The notes beneath the pieces were generated by a model, which did not search any database, was not told where the DNA came from, and saw only the letters and a program-made list of their open reading frames with translations. A DNA stretch of 63,505 nt, the filler included, from Folioceros fuciformis (lineage: Eukaryota): NCBI GenBank assembly GCA_049999805.1. It is 7 parts of 7 records of this genome, joined end to end, with 100 filler letters (N's around TTAATTAATTAA, not from the genome) between each part and the next. Parts side by side here need not be neighbours in the genome. Positions count along the whole stretch, not along the records: positions 9,382 to 18,615 come from JBNGIO010003175.1; positions 18,716 to 28,223 come from JBNGIO010003176.1; 5 more parts are not named here. The stretch is one strand, 5' to 3'. Made by a program: the position numbers and the translations under genes. Positions 15,566 to 28,323 of this stretch are shown piece after piece (position 1 is the stretch's first letter; every line of letters begins with the position of its first letter).

Positions 15566-17059
15566 TGGCTTGTGAATTTGGAATAAAAAGTTGTGAATTT
15601 AGAATAAAGTGTAGTAGTAAGGGTCCTATCTACGAGTTTCCTCTTAGGAGAGGGGGCGACGTGGAGGCCTAATGCTGGTGTCTAGTGTTTAATATTTGCT
15701 CTTGCTTTGGCTTCTAAATGCATGGATTTCCCCACCCTTGTGGAAGGTCATGTTACTCCCTCCTATAGGCGCAGAGGATGGGCTACTTGGAGGCCTAGTG
15801 CTGATATCTAGTGTTTGCTCTTGCTTTTGCTTCTAATTGCATGGTTTGGTGTTGAGTGTTCAATATTTGCTTGTGCTTTTGCATCTAATTGTGTGGTTTT
15901 TGTCACCCAATACTTGCTTGTGCTTCTACATCTAATTGCGTGGTTTTTGTCACCTTTGTTCAAGGTGGTGTTCATAAAGCACCATAAATCCCAATTTCTA
16001 CGTAATAAAACCCAATTTGGATCCATAACAGAAAGCATTTAGATTATGAAGGTAAGAAAATTGATTGTAAAGGAAGAAAAACACATTTTGCAATTACGAA
16101 GTACTAATGGGAAGGATCATAAAAATAAATAGTTCTTTACATGTACAAGAATTTAAATCATAGATCAAGACTTTATCAACCCTGAAAAGAGAAGAAGCAG
16201 CTAAGAAAGAGGATACAAAAATTCTATCAAATTCTTTCTTGCAAATACATGGTCTAAAGAAGGGGCATGTAGGCATCTTTTAACTTATTTGAAAATTATG
16301 AAAATTAAATATGAAAATTTATTTAAATATTTAAAAAAATGATTCAAATCCTTCTTCTTTTTTTATATTGCATGAAGCATTTTGAACGCTTTTTTGGTTG
16401 GTTAGCCCTTATATGGTTTAACTTAGGTCTATCAAAGCATCTTTAATTCCCATACTAACTAAAAGCACTATCCATAGCTTCTTTCCTCTCATTCTTATTA
16501 ATAGAAAAGATAAGCATGAATTGGTTGGCATCATAGGCTTAGACATCTTTGAATGCCTCAATAACAACATCTTTGAATGCCTCAATAACAATTGGTGATA
16601 ATAGACTAGATAGGCATGCACTGGGTGAAATATATAGGTATGCATGAGGTGAAATAGTTGGCCCCAAATGGTGATGATAGACAAGGTACACCAGCATATG
16701 TTGGCTAACATCATTGGCTCAGCTGTCTTTAAGTGTCCTCATCGAAGATTTGGCAAGATGACAAGTGTGTCTCTTCATTACATCTTGGGAAGCTTGAAAT
16801 GTGGAACATAGAGGCTTCTACACCTATCGCAAATGACTCTAAAATGAGGACTTCCTTGTTACAAAGCATGAGATTAGGATAAGGTTGAGAGGGCCAACAT
16901 TTCCTAACAAGTGTTCTTCTTGGTTGGCAAAAGATTCCTTATCCTTGGAGCTAAGGCTGCAATACGGTACCTCCTTCCATCTCACTCCTTGAAGTTAGCT
17001 CCAAGTCAAACTTCAAGCATCCATTGTGGAGAAGCAATATCAACATGCACAACTAGCTA

Positions 17060-17565
17060 TCCTTTGAGATTTCTTTATGCTAGATTTCATCATCCCTCAA
17101 ACAACTTAGGTTGCCTTCACAACTAGCCCTCCTTCCAGATTTCTTCATCCCTAAGGGACTCAAGCTTTCCTTCACAATTGGCCCTCCTTCGAGATTTCTT
17201 CAACCCTAAGTGACGGAAGCTTTCCTTCACAATTGGCCCTCCTTTAAGATTTCTTCCTACCTAGATTTCTTCATCTCTAAAGCAACTTAATCGCTTCTTC
17301 AACCCGGGAGCTACTCAGACTTTTCTTCATCCATGATGCAACTTAATCACATCTTCGCCCAAGAAGGGACTCACACTTTTCATCATCCATGAAGCGACTT
17401 AGACTTTTCTTCGCGATGACTGCCTAGAGCACCAGCTGAAGCGACTTAGACTTTTCTTCGCGATGACTGCCTAGAGCACCAGCTGAAGCGACTCAGGCTT
17501 GCCTTCGCACCACCTGCAGTGTATCGGACTCAGGCTTGCCTTCGCACCACCTGCAGTGTATCGGG
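17060..17565. repeat. Degenerate repeat tract ending in two near-perfect tandem duplications
   Basis: CTTCACAA(C/T)T(A/G)GCCCTCCTT..AGATTTCTT modules, then GAAGCGACTTAGACTTTTCTTCGCGATGACTGCCTAGAGCACCAGCT x2 and CTCAGGCTTGCCTTCGCACCACCTGCAGTGTATCGG x2. Confidence 0.75.
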
Positions 17566-19799
17566 CTCGTCGCCGCTCTCAATAATGGTAAGAGCCACGC
17601 CCTTCTATTAGAGATATTTTGAACCCCGATCCCATTCTACAAGAAATAATTTGAACTAGGGGTGAAACTTGTTTAGACCTTTTCTAAAAGATTGCAGGGA
17701 AAGGAGTTTCCTATCTTCTTCTTTATTGAAGATTCAAATGGATGTATCATCAATCTGAGCACAACAAAGTAGTATGTCACACATTTATTCCTAGTTAACC
17801 AACAGGTTTCGAATCGAACGGACATATAGGGTTGTCCATTCATGGACAGCCAAGCTCGTTGAGAAAGCAGCTGTGCATCTAAAGCTTGAGCTTCTGAAAC
17901 CACGTACATATTATGTTGCGTGAGAGATGCAGACTCTCACAGGGACACTGCCTTCTGGAGATTCCAAAAGGTGGGGGATCCACGAGTAGACAGACAAAAC
18001 GAAGGATAAGCATTTCAAACAGTGCCAGCAGCCATGTTAGCAGCCTTGAGGTCTCTTGCCAAAAAAGAGACCGAGTAACATGGTTTCACCCGGCGCTCGA
18101 CACTTGAGAAAAAGGGACAGCAACCTAGTCAGGACCCGCTGTACCAGGAGACGGGACAGAAATGACAAAGAGACCACTGAAAGCAAGTCTACACGAACGA
18201 GTGCCAGACCGGAAGTGGATGACACCCGAAACACGCAGACAGCCATGGATGGATTGACATCAGAGAGCAGTAGACAGACGGCAGGGCAGAGTGAAAAGGG
18301 CTGGCAGGCAGATAGAGCTAAGGGAATGGCTTTGTGACATGTATGGGCACGATAGGCGGTTTAGGGTCAGGATGCGGGTCAGGACGCTCGTAGGCATAGT
18401 CCATGGTGAAATACTCTAACAGGAACCTGGCGACAGCCGAGCCATCTCCGATCCTCACGATCTCCTGCCAACCCACAACGACAAAACCCACTGAATGAGA
18501 AATCGAAACCGCCCACAAAGTCCGGTTGAGAGATTGAGACGACCCACAATGCTTGATTCAGCGCACACGCATTGTCAAGGCCAGATTGGAACACAACATC
18601 GACAGGAGGGCCAGGNNNNNNNNNNNNNNNNNNNNNNNNNNNNNNNNNNNNNNNNNNNNTTAATTAATTAANNNNNNNNNNNNNNNNNNNNNNNNNNNNN
18701 NNNNNNNNNNNNNNNACGGGGTATTCCCAGTGGAAATGGGAGTACTACAACTGGCAACACGTACCCTGCGGGCCTTAGTCAAGCGAAGGAAGAGGCACGA
18801 CAGGCTTGCCTTGCTGTGAAACACGGTGATGACTGGGGGGCTTTGAAGAAATGTATTGATCTAAGCATGGAGACAACTGCCTTGAGTGATACTACAACGG
18901 TGTCAGAGCAGAGCTACTGATCAGACCCTCGGATAGTTTCTTCGGAGGAGCTGGTTCGACAACGCAGTGTCTTAGTCTCGGTCTCGTGAAGTGACAAACG
19001 TGGCGTTTGTTTCACGAAGACTTGCTGCATTTTTCCAGGTTCAAGAGATCCGAGAGTGACAACTAAGCATTTTCGATTTGCGGCGACGTCTTTCGATGGT
19101 TCTCTGGCAATATTTTGGATGTGCTAGGAGCGGGTATCAGATCCTTGCCCTGTAATTTATGTGGCAGGTTTTGATAAGGGCGTATGTGTCGGTGCCTGTG
19201 CTCTTACCAATTTTCCAGAACAAAGTTGCATATCTTTTATTATTCTTTCCAAAGCAATTGGATACCGAGAGTCTGTATGCAACTCGCAATCCACTTCTCC
19301 GTCCGTGACATATGTATCATTTAGAAGAAACTTACAGAACTTCTTCTCAAGCTGCTTTAGGGAGAGACTTCGATAGGTCTGTGATTTTTCTGTTTAAACG
19401 GTTTTAGATTCTATTGTAAATATATGCATCTATACTTCTAATTTTTTGTTTAAACTTTTTTGTCTTTCACGCTCACATAAATACTTGTTGAGCACGTTTT
19501 TTACTCATTTTTTTCAAAGCTGGTTTAAGAATTTTGTCCATCTAACACACTCTTGGCACTAGTGCCAAATAGGAATAATAATCATCTACTTCAAAAAAGA
19601 AGAAGAAAAATACATATAGGAATAAAAATCATTTATGTCAAAAAAAAAGAGAAAAAATACACTTAAGAATAATAGTCATCTACTTCAAAAAAAAGGAGAA
19701 AAAAAAAACAAAAGAATGGCCAAGCTAAAGAAAATTAGTCAACAAAGCCACTATGTGTAATTTGAAGCTACCAATCACACCTAATGTATCTCACTAAAG

Positions 19800-20740
19800 T
19801 TGAATCCCTTGTTGATACACCTTTGGTTAAGCCAACCTTTCCTCTTGTGTTGTGGATGCACTTAGGTATTTTAAATTTCAATGTAACCTTACTTATTGTG
19901 TTACTTATGTGTAGATGATGTACCCATGGTATGATAAAATTATGAGTAACCTCTTGTCATGGCTTGTTGATGCACTTCAGTATTTTCCAATTCAACTTAG
20001 CCCCACCTTGTTGCACCTTTAATATTTTGAAATTATGCATAATCTCTAATGATGTGATATTGATGGGTGCACACTTTGTATTCTAAAATTCAACTTAACC
20101 TCGAGTGATGTATTGTTAATGCATCCACAGGAATTTAAAATTCAGCCTAGCCTCTTGTGATGTGTGTCTGATGCACCCTTTGTATTTGAAAATCCAACCT
20201 AGCCTCGTTCGTACAGTGTTTCTTTGATGCTCCATCTGTATTCTAAAATTTAGCCTAGTCTCTTGTGATGTCTCCTTGATGCCCCCTTGGTATCTTTAAC
20301 CTAATTGAATGTTTGCTCCATATGGTGTTTCATTGATGCACCCATGGTATCTTTAACCTAGTTGAATGTTTGCTTCATGTGGTGTTTCTTTGATGCACCA
20401 TTTGTATTAAAAAATTCAGCCTAGTCTCTCATGATGTCTCATTGATACACCCTCGGTATCTTTAACCTAGTTGAATGTATGCTCCATATGGTGTTTCTCT
20501 GATGCACCATTTGTATTCTAAAATTCAGCCTAGTCTCTTATGATGTCTCATTGATGCACCCTTGGTACTTTAACCTAATTGAATGTTTAATCCATATGTC
20601 TTGTTGATGCACCATTGGTATTTTAAAATTCAACTTAAACATTTGACTAGCCAAATGTTCGTTCCCTACTGTAATTTCACCCGTAATGTGTCAATGATGC
20701 ACCCTTCATTTTTTTTAAATTTGACTTAGCCAAATGTTTG
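19800..20740. repeat. Degenerate tandem array of about 55-60-bp units with an alternating two-unit structure
   Basis: More than 12 recurrences of the TTGATGCACC core, followed either by TTGTATTCTAAAATTCAGCCTAGTCTC or by TGGTATCTTTAACCTAGTTGAATGT. Confidence 0.8.
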
Positions 20741-21954
20741 CTCCATACCCTTAATCAAATGTCCACTTCATATCCTAATACGAATGGGATTTGATGATGA
20801 CATATAAAATTGAACCAAAACATTTCAAAAAAACATAACCAAGCTATGCCTAGCTCAATGGAATTTGGTGGTGACATATAAAATTGAACCAAAATATTTT
20901 AAACAAACATAACTAAGCCAGAAAAGAACTATATCCCATGTGCAAAATGGTACCTCATAATAACAGATGAAATGAGTTGAAACATTTACAACAAACATGG
21001 CTAAGCTAGTTAACAACTACAACCAACACACTACTATGAGATCGTACAGGCAAGTGAGGTCATATCATCTTATCACAGCATCTCAAGAAATACTTTTCAC
21101 CTATTAGTTTATATTACATAAGACTAGAACAAAGTTCAACTAGAATGTATTAAACATATCAATAGCGTTTGTGAACACCATACCTCTAGCTGAAAGTTTA
21201 ATTCCACTAAATCATTCTATCCTTTGTGAACTTTCAACTAACTAAGTTGAAAGTCTACACGAAAGGTTGGAAGCCTCTTTTTAATTTGTGCTTACATCAC
21301 AATTGGAAAGAGTAGCAAACCAATACCTTCTAATTCATTCAAACTAGATCAAAGACAATGATGTAGCTATATGAAAGAGGCAATGATGTAGCTATATGAA
21401 AGCTTTACTAGTTGATAGTGTGCACCAACATGGAGTACACCATCATTCCATATCCTCTAGCTAAAAGAGCGAACATGCAATGGCACTCCAACAAACATGT
21501 GCTTGCAAAGGCATTCGAGTAATCCAAAATCCTTACAAATGCACCTAGAGAGGCCTCTATAAACTCAAACTTGCAACTGTACCTAGACACTAAAGAAATC
21601 TTGCAACTGCACCTCTTGCAACTGCACCTAGGCATTTGCACCTAGGCGCTAAAGCAATCTTGCTACTGCACCTAGGCATTAGCACCCAAGCACTAAAGCA
21701 ATGCTTGTATATAATGTTGTTACTTGTGGTAGGAAGAAGTTGCTACACCCTATGCAATGAGACAAGTTCTTTGTGGTGATAATGGTGAGAAAAGTATGGA
21801 ACATTAACATTGAGATTGGTATTCCGTACTCCCCTTTAAACCAAATGAGGCCATGTACAAGGTATTTTCCAAGTTTTTGAAGTTTTGTGCCAAAGTGGTT
21901 CATAGCAAGAAAAATGGGTTTGGTCGTCCTCTTTCGACGACGACATTGCTCTGT

Positions 21955-22275
21955 GCGACGAGTGTTGGCTAATACCATATACAAATCATAACATTGGTAG
22001 GCGGAGGGTTTTCATTGCTCTATGGCAAGCATTGGCTAATGCAATGTACATATAAAAACATTGGTAGGCAAAGGGTTTCCATTGCTCTATGGCAAGCATT
22101 GGCTAATGCAATGTACATATAAAAACATTGGTAGGCAAAGGGTTTCCAACGAGCGTTGGCTACCAATGCATGCGTCGCGCATGGAAACCGACGCTTCCAC
22201 AACAGCGAGCGTTGGCTAATGCAATGTATAAATAACAACATTGGCAGGAAAGGTTGCGTTAGCAATTCCAGTAGG
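21955..22275. repeat. About 66-bp tandem repeats with TTGGCTAAT/CATTGGTAG motifs; possible subterminal region of a CACTA-like DNA transposon
   Basis: TTGGCTAATGCAATGTACATATAAAAACATTGGTAGGCAAAGGGTTTCCATTGCTCTATGGCAAGCA is repeated. The array ends at AATTCCAGTAG, whose reverse complement CTACTGGAATT resembles a CACTA terminus missing the first two bases. The repeat is certain; the transposon identity is tentative. Confidence 0.55.
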
Positions 22276-22991
22276 TACCATAATATTTTAGGTGCTGTAG
22301 ACAGTCATTAAGCTTCAAGGCTAGGCCTTAGGGTCCCAATCATGATTTATCTCCTCTTTAGAGGATAGATGGGTTATCGATCTTGTTTTCTTAAAATAAA
22401 TGGAGACTTAAAAAGGAGCTCTACATTCTAGTGAGAGACTTGTACAAAATAGGATAATATAAATATTATTCTTATTTTTACTTGAAATAATATTTATAAA
22501 TACAAATTTACAAGACAGGGTGATACAAGTATGTACGTATGTAGGGCAAGAGCATAATGGGAGGCAATGCCCGGAGTTGGAAAATCTCTTCCCTTGGTGA
22601 TCACTGCATGGCGTTGTATCGGCGGGCTCTAGTAAGGGCACGTAGAGACGGACACGTGGCGGCTGGGCTGGGTTGTTCCGAGCTGCTCGACCGTGCTGAT
22701 GCTGCTAGCATGACACGTGCACGCCATCGCGTAGGCTTGTACTCGACGTCGACAGTGGATCGTGGATCATGTATGCGACGGTTTCGAACAAGAGACTATG
22801 TAGTGTACGTCTAAAGGCGCGCTGCGAATTGGCAAATCCAGATGCTCTTCAAAGTAGCGTAGAGTAGGTATTTGCGGGGATGTCTGCCTGTCCTAATATC
22901 TACAGATTAGGCGAGTCATCGCAGAAATCTCTGCACGCCATATTAAATCAGAGTAGCCTAGAGGAAGTAGAAGCAAGCAGCATCAGGCCCA

Positions 22992-23597
22992 TCAGTTGTG
23001 CAGAGGATTGGGGCCACTAGGGACGACATGAAGCGATGCTCCCATTATTACTTGCAAGGGCTTCTGCACACCCCGAGGTGGTGAAGGTGACCGTTTGAAC
23101 CAAACCCTGGAGTCGGCTTGGATGGTGAGAATTGAGATGGAAGGTTTTCCCGGGCTTTCCGCCTCCTGCGGCAACTCAGCAGCCGCTGGAGGGCAATCCT
23201 CAAAGACCTGCAGAGTGGACTTCAGCTTCCTGTTTGTAGCAGCAGCAGTACTAGAGGCTTTGCCCCCAGATGCTGCACTGCCCCACTGCTGTACATGAGC
23301 TTGCCGCCAAAATGCTGTGTGCCCGGCCGACGGAGCTCTCCTGGGCACAGTTTCCATTTGAAAAAGCGGGGACATTGACAGCCCAAACCACATAGTTGCA
23401 GCTCCCACTAAGAGAAAGAGCAAGACCAGGGTGCTGGAGACGAGTGCTCTGGGAAACGAAGTGGAAGGCCTGTTTTGTCTGCGAGCCTCGCAGAGCATTG
23501 CACTTGCAGCCGGGTCAGGAACAGGTGATTCCATCTTTCTTCTTACGAGGTTTTTATCAGCTGTGACCGCTGCTGCTGGATAGAATGACATGCACAT
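22992..23597 (-). CDS. CLE (CLAVATA3/ESR-related) peptide precursor, single exon
   Basis: The ORF has a hydrophobic signal/anchor segment (ALVSSTLVLLFLLVGAATMWFGL), a variable middle, and a C-terminal dodecapeptide HVVPSGPNPLHN directly before the stop (22995-23030). The true start Met is uncertain; there are several in-frame candidates. Confidence 0.9.
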   Translation of the reverse strand: MCMSFYPAAAVTADKNLVRRKMESPVPDPAASAMLCEARRQNRPSTSFPRALVSSTLVLLFLLVGAATMWFGLSMSPLFQMETVPRRAPSAGHTAFWRQAHVQQWGSAASGGKASSTAAATNRKLKSTLQVFEDCPPAAAELPQEAESPGKPSISILTIQADSRVWFKRSPSPPRGVQKPLQVIMGASLHVVPSGPNPLHN

Positions 23598-25974
23598 TCA
23601 GAAATCAGGTGAGGATGAGCTCAGGTTGAAGAGATTGTATCAATAAATCTTGCGTCAGACAAAAGCCATCAAACTCACCGGCGGTGCCAAATGGGAACAG
23701 GATGCAATTTCTCAAGTGAAAGCAAGTAGAAATGCAAGACGCTCTTGTTCAGCAGGAACAACACACTGAAATATCGGCCGTGAGCTGTATACTTGGGATG
23801 TCCGAGCGTGCAACCATCCCCTCGTCGAGAACGCGAGTCAGAAGGCTGGCTGGGAAGCGGAGGAGAGGCTATAGCCAGCTGGAAACTGGCACCACGACTC
23901 GACTGCGACTGCTGGCACAGGTCTGTTACTTCTCCCTGTGCATCAAATGTACCCTCAAATACACTTGCGGCATCGAAGCACAGGTCACGTCTGCCTCTGC
24001 CGCGCTGAGCTTCCTTCTTCCGGACGATTCCACAGAGGTGAGTGCGCGCGTCACCCACGGCCTGGAAACCATATCTAACTATTGACGTCGAACAGCTGCT
24101 TCCGAGAGTCCCAGCATTGGTCAAAGGCTTTCGTCCAAGTGGGTACCAGCGGCACTCCATGCAGCCTGCAGGTGTACTTGCTTCCACACCAATGTACCCC
24201 ACTTTCTCAGCAATAAAGCTTTTTGCTCTGCATCTTCAATCAGTAACTGGAAGCGATTCTGTCTCACCAGGGACCTCTGCGTGATTGCAGGGCCTAGTAA
24301 GAACAACGTGGGCTTTGTGGGCTCCACGCGCCCTCTTTTTCTCTGAGCCTGCGCACATGGTCGGTCACATGGCAGCAGGTGCTACAAACTCCCTTCCGAT
24401 GCCTTACGACGGCTTACGTGCCTTTTTGATGCCAGCCACGCTCTGCCCCAACCCAACTAGGGCATGCACGACGTCTTGACAAAGGTTTTGAGGAGGGTTG
24501 GGTGATCATTTCCCGGCCACCATTGCAAGGAGAACGAGGTGTACACGCATGCCAGTTTTTGGCTCATTCTCGTTTCCGGGGGTCCAGGTAGTCTGAATGT
24601 GGATTCGTGGTCTGTATCAGCAGGAAGGAGGTGGGAATCGTAGGGAGTGGGCCTGCTGGCTCGCAGAAGCGGACCAATTCAACAAGGCAGGCCATGCTGT
24701 CACCGTTTATGTATGAGCGAGCAGACTGGACGTGAGGACTGATGACATACGGTGTATCCAACACGGAGGCAGAGAAGACTGGTGTAGGACAGGATCGAGT
24801 TGACTTTATGTGGCAGCAGGGGGTGTCAACTTCTCTGGAATTGCGCATATGAGGTCAGGGTCAGATCCACGATAGTATGTGGAGAACATCTGGAACGAGA
24901 ACTATGCTCCCATACCAGCTTGTCGTGCCTAAAATCCACCACGGGAATTTCGTGGTATGAACAACTTGTGACTGTCAGCAAAAGCTGTGCAGCACCACTT
25001 ATTAGTTTTGGGTGTCTGCATCATTGTACCGTGCTTATTTCATGCAGGGATAATCAGGTTGAAGTGGACTGGGACGGTGGTGTATCTGTTGTATACATGC
25101 TCGAACTCCTGCGGTCTTAGATTTATAAGTCAGAGATGGTTACATTTGTGCTTCATTGGGCTCCTTACGACATCGAGCTTTGACAGCTATAATGTAGGCC
25201 GCCTGCAGCTCCTTAAGAATTCTTTCTCAAGTTTGATTTTACACTGGCCACAGGTTTCCGGTGTTGACTATGGTTATGAAGGAGGCAGAAGGAGCATCAA
25301 CGAAGTTTGTACATCAACAAAGTTTGGAAAGGATCCTTGGAGACGAACTTCGCTAAACATGCTCGATGGTGACGAAGAGGGACACGCCTTGGAAAGGGTT
25401 TGAAGCTGTCCGAGTGCAGTGGGGAAGTGGGAAAAGACGCCTCTGGAAAGTTCCAGCTTCTGGAATTCGGAGTGTCTGAAGAAAGTCTGAATAGAAGGTG
25501 GCCTGTTCTGCTCAATCTATGGGATATTTAGGTCCTGACCAAGTAAGTGTAACAGTGAAACTGAGGTGAAAGCCCGCATCATTGTTTTCTTTCCTGTGCT
25601 TCTCCCATCGGCTACCTGTTTCCTTTCGTCACTTCTCTGTATTGTTTATGATCCATCTGCTGGGGTTATGGCACGTAACATTTGCTGTCAGGCTGGGTCG
25701 CACAGACATGTCCGATCAAATATCAAGTCTGACTTTCGACGATCTGTAGCCCAGGTGGATCAATTCTTGTCGAGAGATCATCCATTTGATGCATCCATCA
25801 AAGGTGAAATCATCATCTCGTAATGGACGCTGCCACCGAGGGGAGTGAGCGCGCCACCCACGGTCTGGAAAACATACGTAGCGAATGACGTGAAACAGCT
25901 GAATCCAAGACACCCAGCAGAAAAACCTAAGTTCGATGACGGCTCACGACACAGGTTCTTTCCCACACACTGTT

Positions 25975-26065
25975 CAAACGACCAATGTGTGTGTGCAAAA
26001 GACCAATTTGTCTGCAAACGACCAAAATGTCTGCAAACGACCAAAATGTCTGCAAACGACCAAGC
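25975..26065. repeat. 19-bp tandem repeat, 4-5 copies
   Basis: GCAAACGACCAAAATGTCT repeated, with degenerate 5' copies. Confidence 0.75.
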
Positions 26066-26999
26066 CACTTCGTTTGTCCAGCTACATCTGATATATTGTG
26101 TCGGTGATCCCTTCTGAGTGGATTCAACTTTTCGACGTGTTTGGTGCCATCCACGCGCCGATTCCCCATCCGTGCACCGTGGCAGCCCGCAACGGGTAGC
26201 AAGAAGGACACACAAAGACAGTCCACAGAGGGCAAAGTACACGCGAGGACAAACGTAGAGTCTTCGTGTCTCTAATGCCACACACCGTCCACGACAGAGT
26301 GTCAGCGTGGTGCTTGTCCGATGTTGGCAGAGACACTACTGATCATTATTCTCGTTCGTCTCGTTTACTAAAGAGTGTCAGTTGGCGCCTGTCGCTTTTC
26401 GCCTATACCCCACACGAATCCCTGTTCTTGTTCATCTCTTTCTTTTCCCAATGTATATTTAAATATATATCTGCGTGAATAGCAGCTTGCGTCGGGTATA
26501 GCAGTTTTGTGGTCGGATCGAGAGAAGGGTTCCGGAATGTACTGAAAATTGAAAATGAGCCTACGATGTATCATGTGCATTATTTAAGGGGTAAACAATT
26601 TTAAGAGTAGAGCATAAAGAAAGGAGTGGTCTACTAGAAGGGTCTTGAGATTATGGATAAGAGAAAAAGAATGCTCTGATGGTAACACTCAATGAAGTTG
26701 CAAGTTTGCAACTTAGTGAGCAAAAGGGGAGAGAAGGTGCGAAAGGACTAGGAAAGGAGTGGCCCTACATCTTAATTGTTCACTGCACACATGTGGGCTG
26801 AGAATGAGTATGGCAAACCAAACAACACAAAGGGCCTCCCCCAACTTTTTCATCAACACCACCAAAGTATTTGTTGTGGTGCATCTTATGACTGTTCAAC
26901 CTAAAAACCATAATCCCGTAGTGGAAAAATGGGATTGAATCTGAGCTTAGGTTAGCCCAAGCCCAAACTATCAGGGCACCTATCACCCACATCCATGAC

Positions 27000-28223
27000 A
27001 AACCTGCGCTCAGCCTAGCCCTCATGGTGAGAGGAAGGTCCACTTCAAAGGGGAAGTACAAGGAGCGAAGTTCTTCCCGTAGCAAATCTCGTAGTCGTAA
27101 CAATGTTGAGTGTTACCCTTGTCACAAGAAGGGTCACATTAGAAGGGACTGCGAGAAGTTCAAGAAGGAAAAAGGCAAGGAGAAGAAGCAGAGCGACAAC
27201 AAGGTAAATTCGAGTATCGAGCGTGATGAGGTGAACTCTGTTGACGATGAAGATGTTCTTATCTCTTCTTCTTTTGGTTCTGCACAACTGACAGCCATGG
27301 AGAGTCACTTATTCTCTAATTGGATAATTGACTCTGGAGCATCTTTCCATGTTACTCCGCATAGGGAGTGGTTTAGCACTTATGATGCTACTAGGAAAGG
27401 ATGTGTTCGGCTTGGAAATAACTACGCGTGCGAGATAGCAGGCGTTGGTGATGTGCAGCTGAAGTTCGACAACGGATCTTCATTCACACTAAAGGATGTC
27501 AGGCATGTTCCGAAGTTGACCAAAAGCATGATTAGCGCAGGGCAGTTGGATGACGCTGGCTACCACTGTTGCTTTGGAGATCGTTCTTGGAAGATCTCCA
27601 AAGGTTCTCTTGTGATAGCTCGTGGATCGAAGTGTGGCACTTTGTACTCACTTCAGGTAACCACTGTCAAGGATCATGTGATTTGTGTAGCGGAACAGCC
27701 AAGTGTTTCCTTGTAGCATAGTCGGTTAGGACATATGTCTCAGAAAGGAATGAAGATCTTATCTCGTTTTGGTTACGTCCCTGCTCTTGACTTCTCCGAT
27801 TTCTCCATGTGTGAGCACTGTTTGTATGGAAAACAGACGAAGTCACCACATGGAGCAAGAGGTAAACACAAAAGTAAACCTCTTGAATTGGTTCACAGTG
27901 ACATTTGTGGACCTATGCCCACTGTGTCGTTAGACGGTGCATCTTATTTTGTCACTTTCATTGATGACTTCTCACGCAAGGTGTGGGTTTATCCTTTGAG
28001 GAAAAAGGATGATGTTCTGACAGTGTTTCAGAAATTCGTCACCCTTGTGGAGAATCAGTCTGGCCTCCGGCTGAAGTGTCTAAGGACAGACAATGGGGGA
28101 GAGTATGTCTCGAAGGCTTTCCAGTCATTCTGTGATTCCAAGGGAATCAAGAGAGAATTGACTGCACCGTATACTCCTCCCCAGAATGGTGTGGCTGAGC
28201 GGATGAACAGGACCATCCAGGAG
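27000..28223 (+). mobile_element. Ty1/Copia (Tnt1-like) fragment: zinc knuckle, protease, GAG-pre-integrase and integrase core
   Basis: CYPCHKKGHIRRDC, WIIDSGASFH, L*HSRLGHMS, CEHC, LVHSDICGP, FIDDFSR, RTDNGGEY, QNGVAERMNRT. It has one premature stop (27714-27716), is 5'-truncated and runs into the gap. Confidence 0.93.
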
Positions 28224-28323
28224 NNNNNNNNNNNNNNNNNNNNNNNNNNNNNNNNNNNNNNNNNNNNTTAATTAATTAANNNNNNNNNNNNNNNNNNNNN
28301 NNNNNNNNNNNNNNNNNNNNNNN

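Noticed and set aside
17914-19380. Possible LTR or gene fragments around the second gap
   Set aside because: No PBS, PPT, partner LTR or recognisable protein motif, so no call can be supported.
23675-26336. Many overlapping 60-175 aa ORFs on both strands
   Set aside because: No recognisable domains or consistent exon structure; expected by chance at this GC content.
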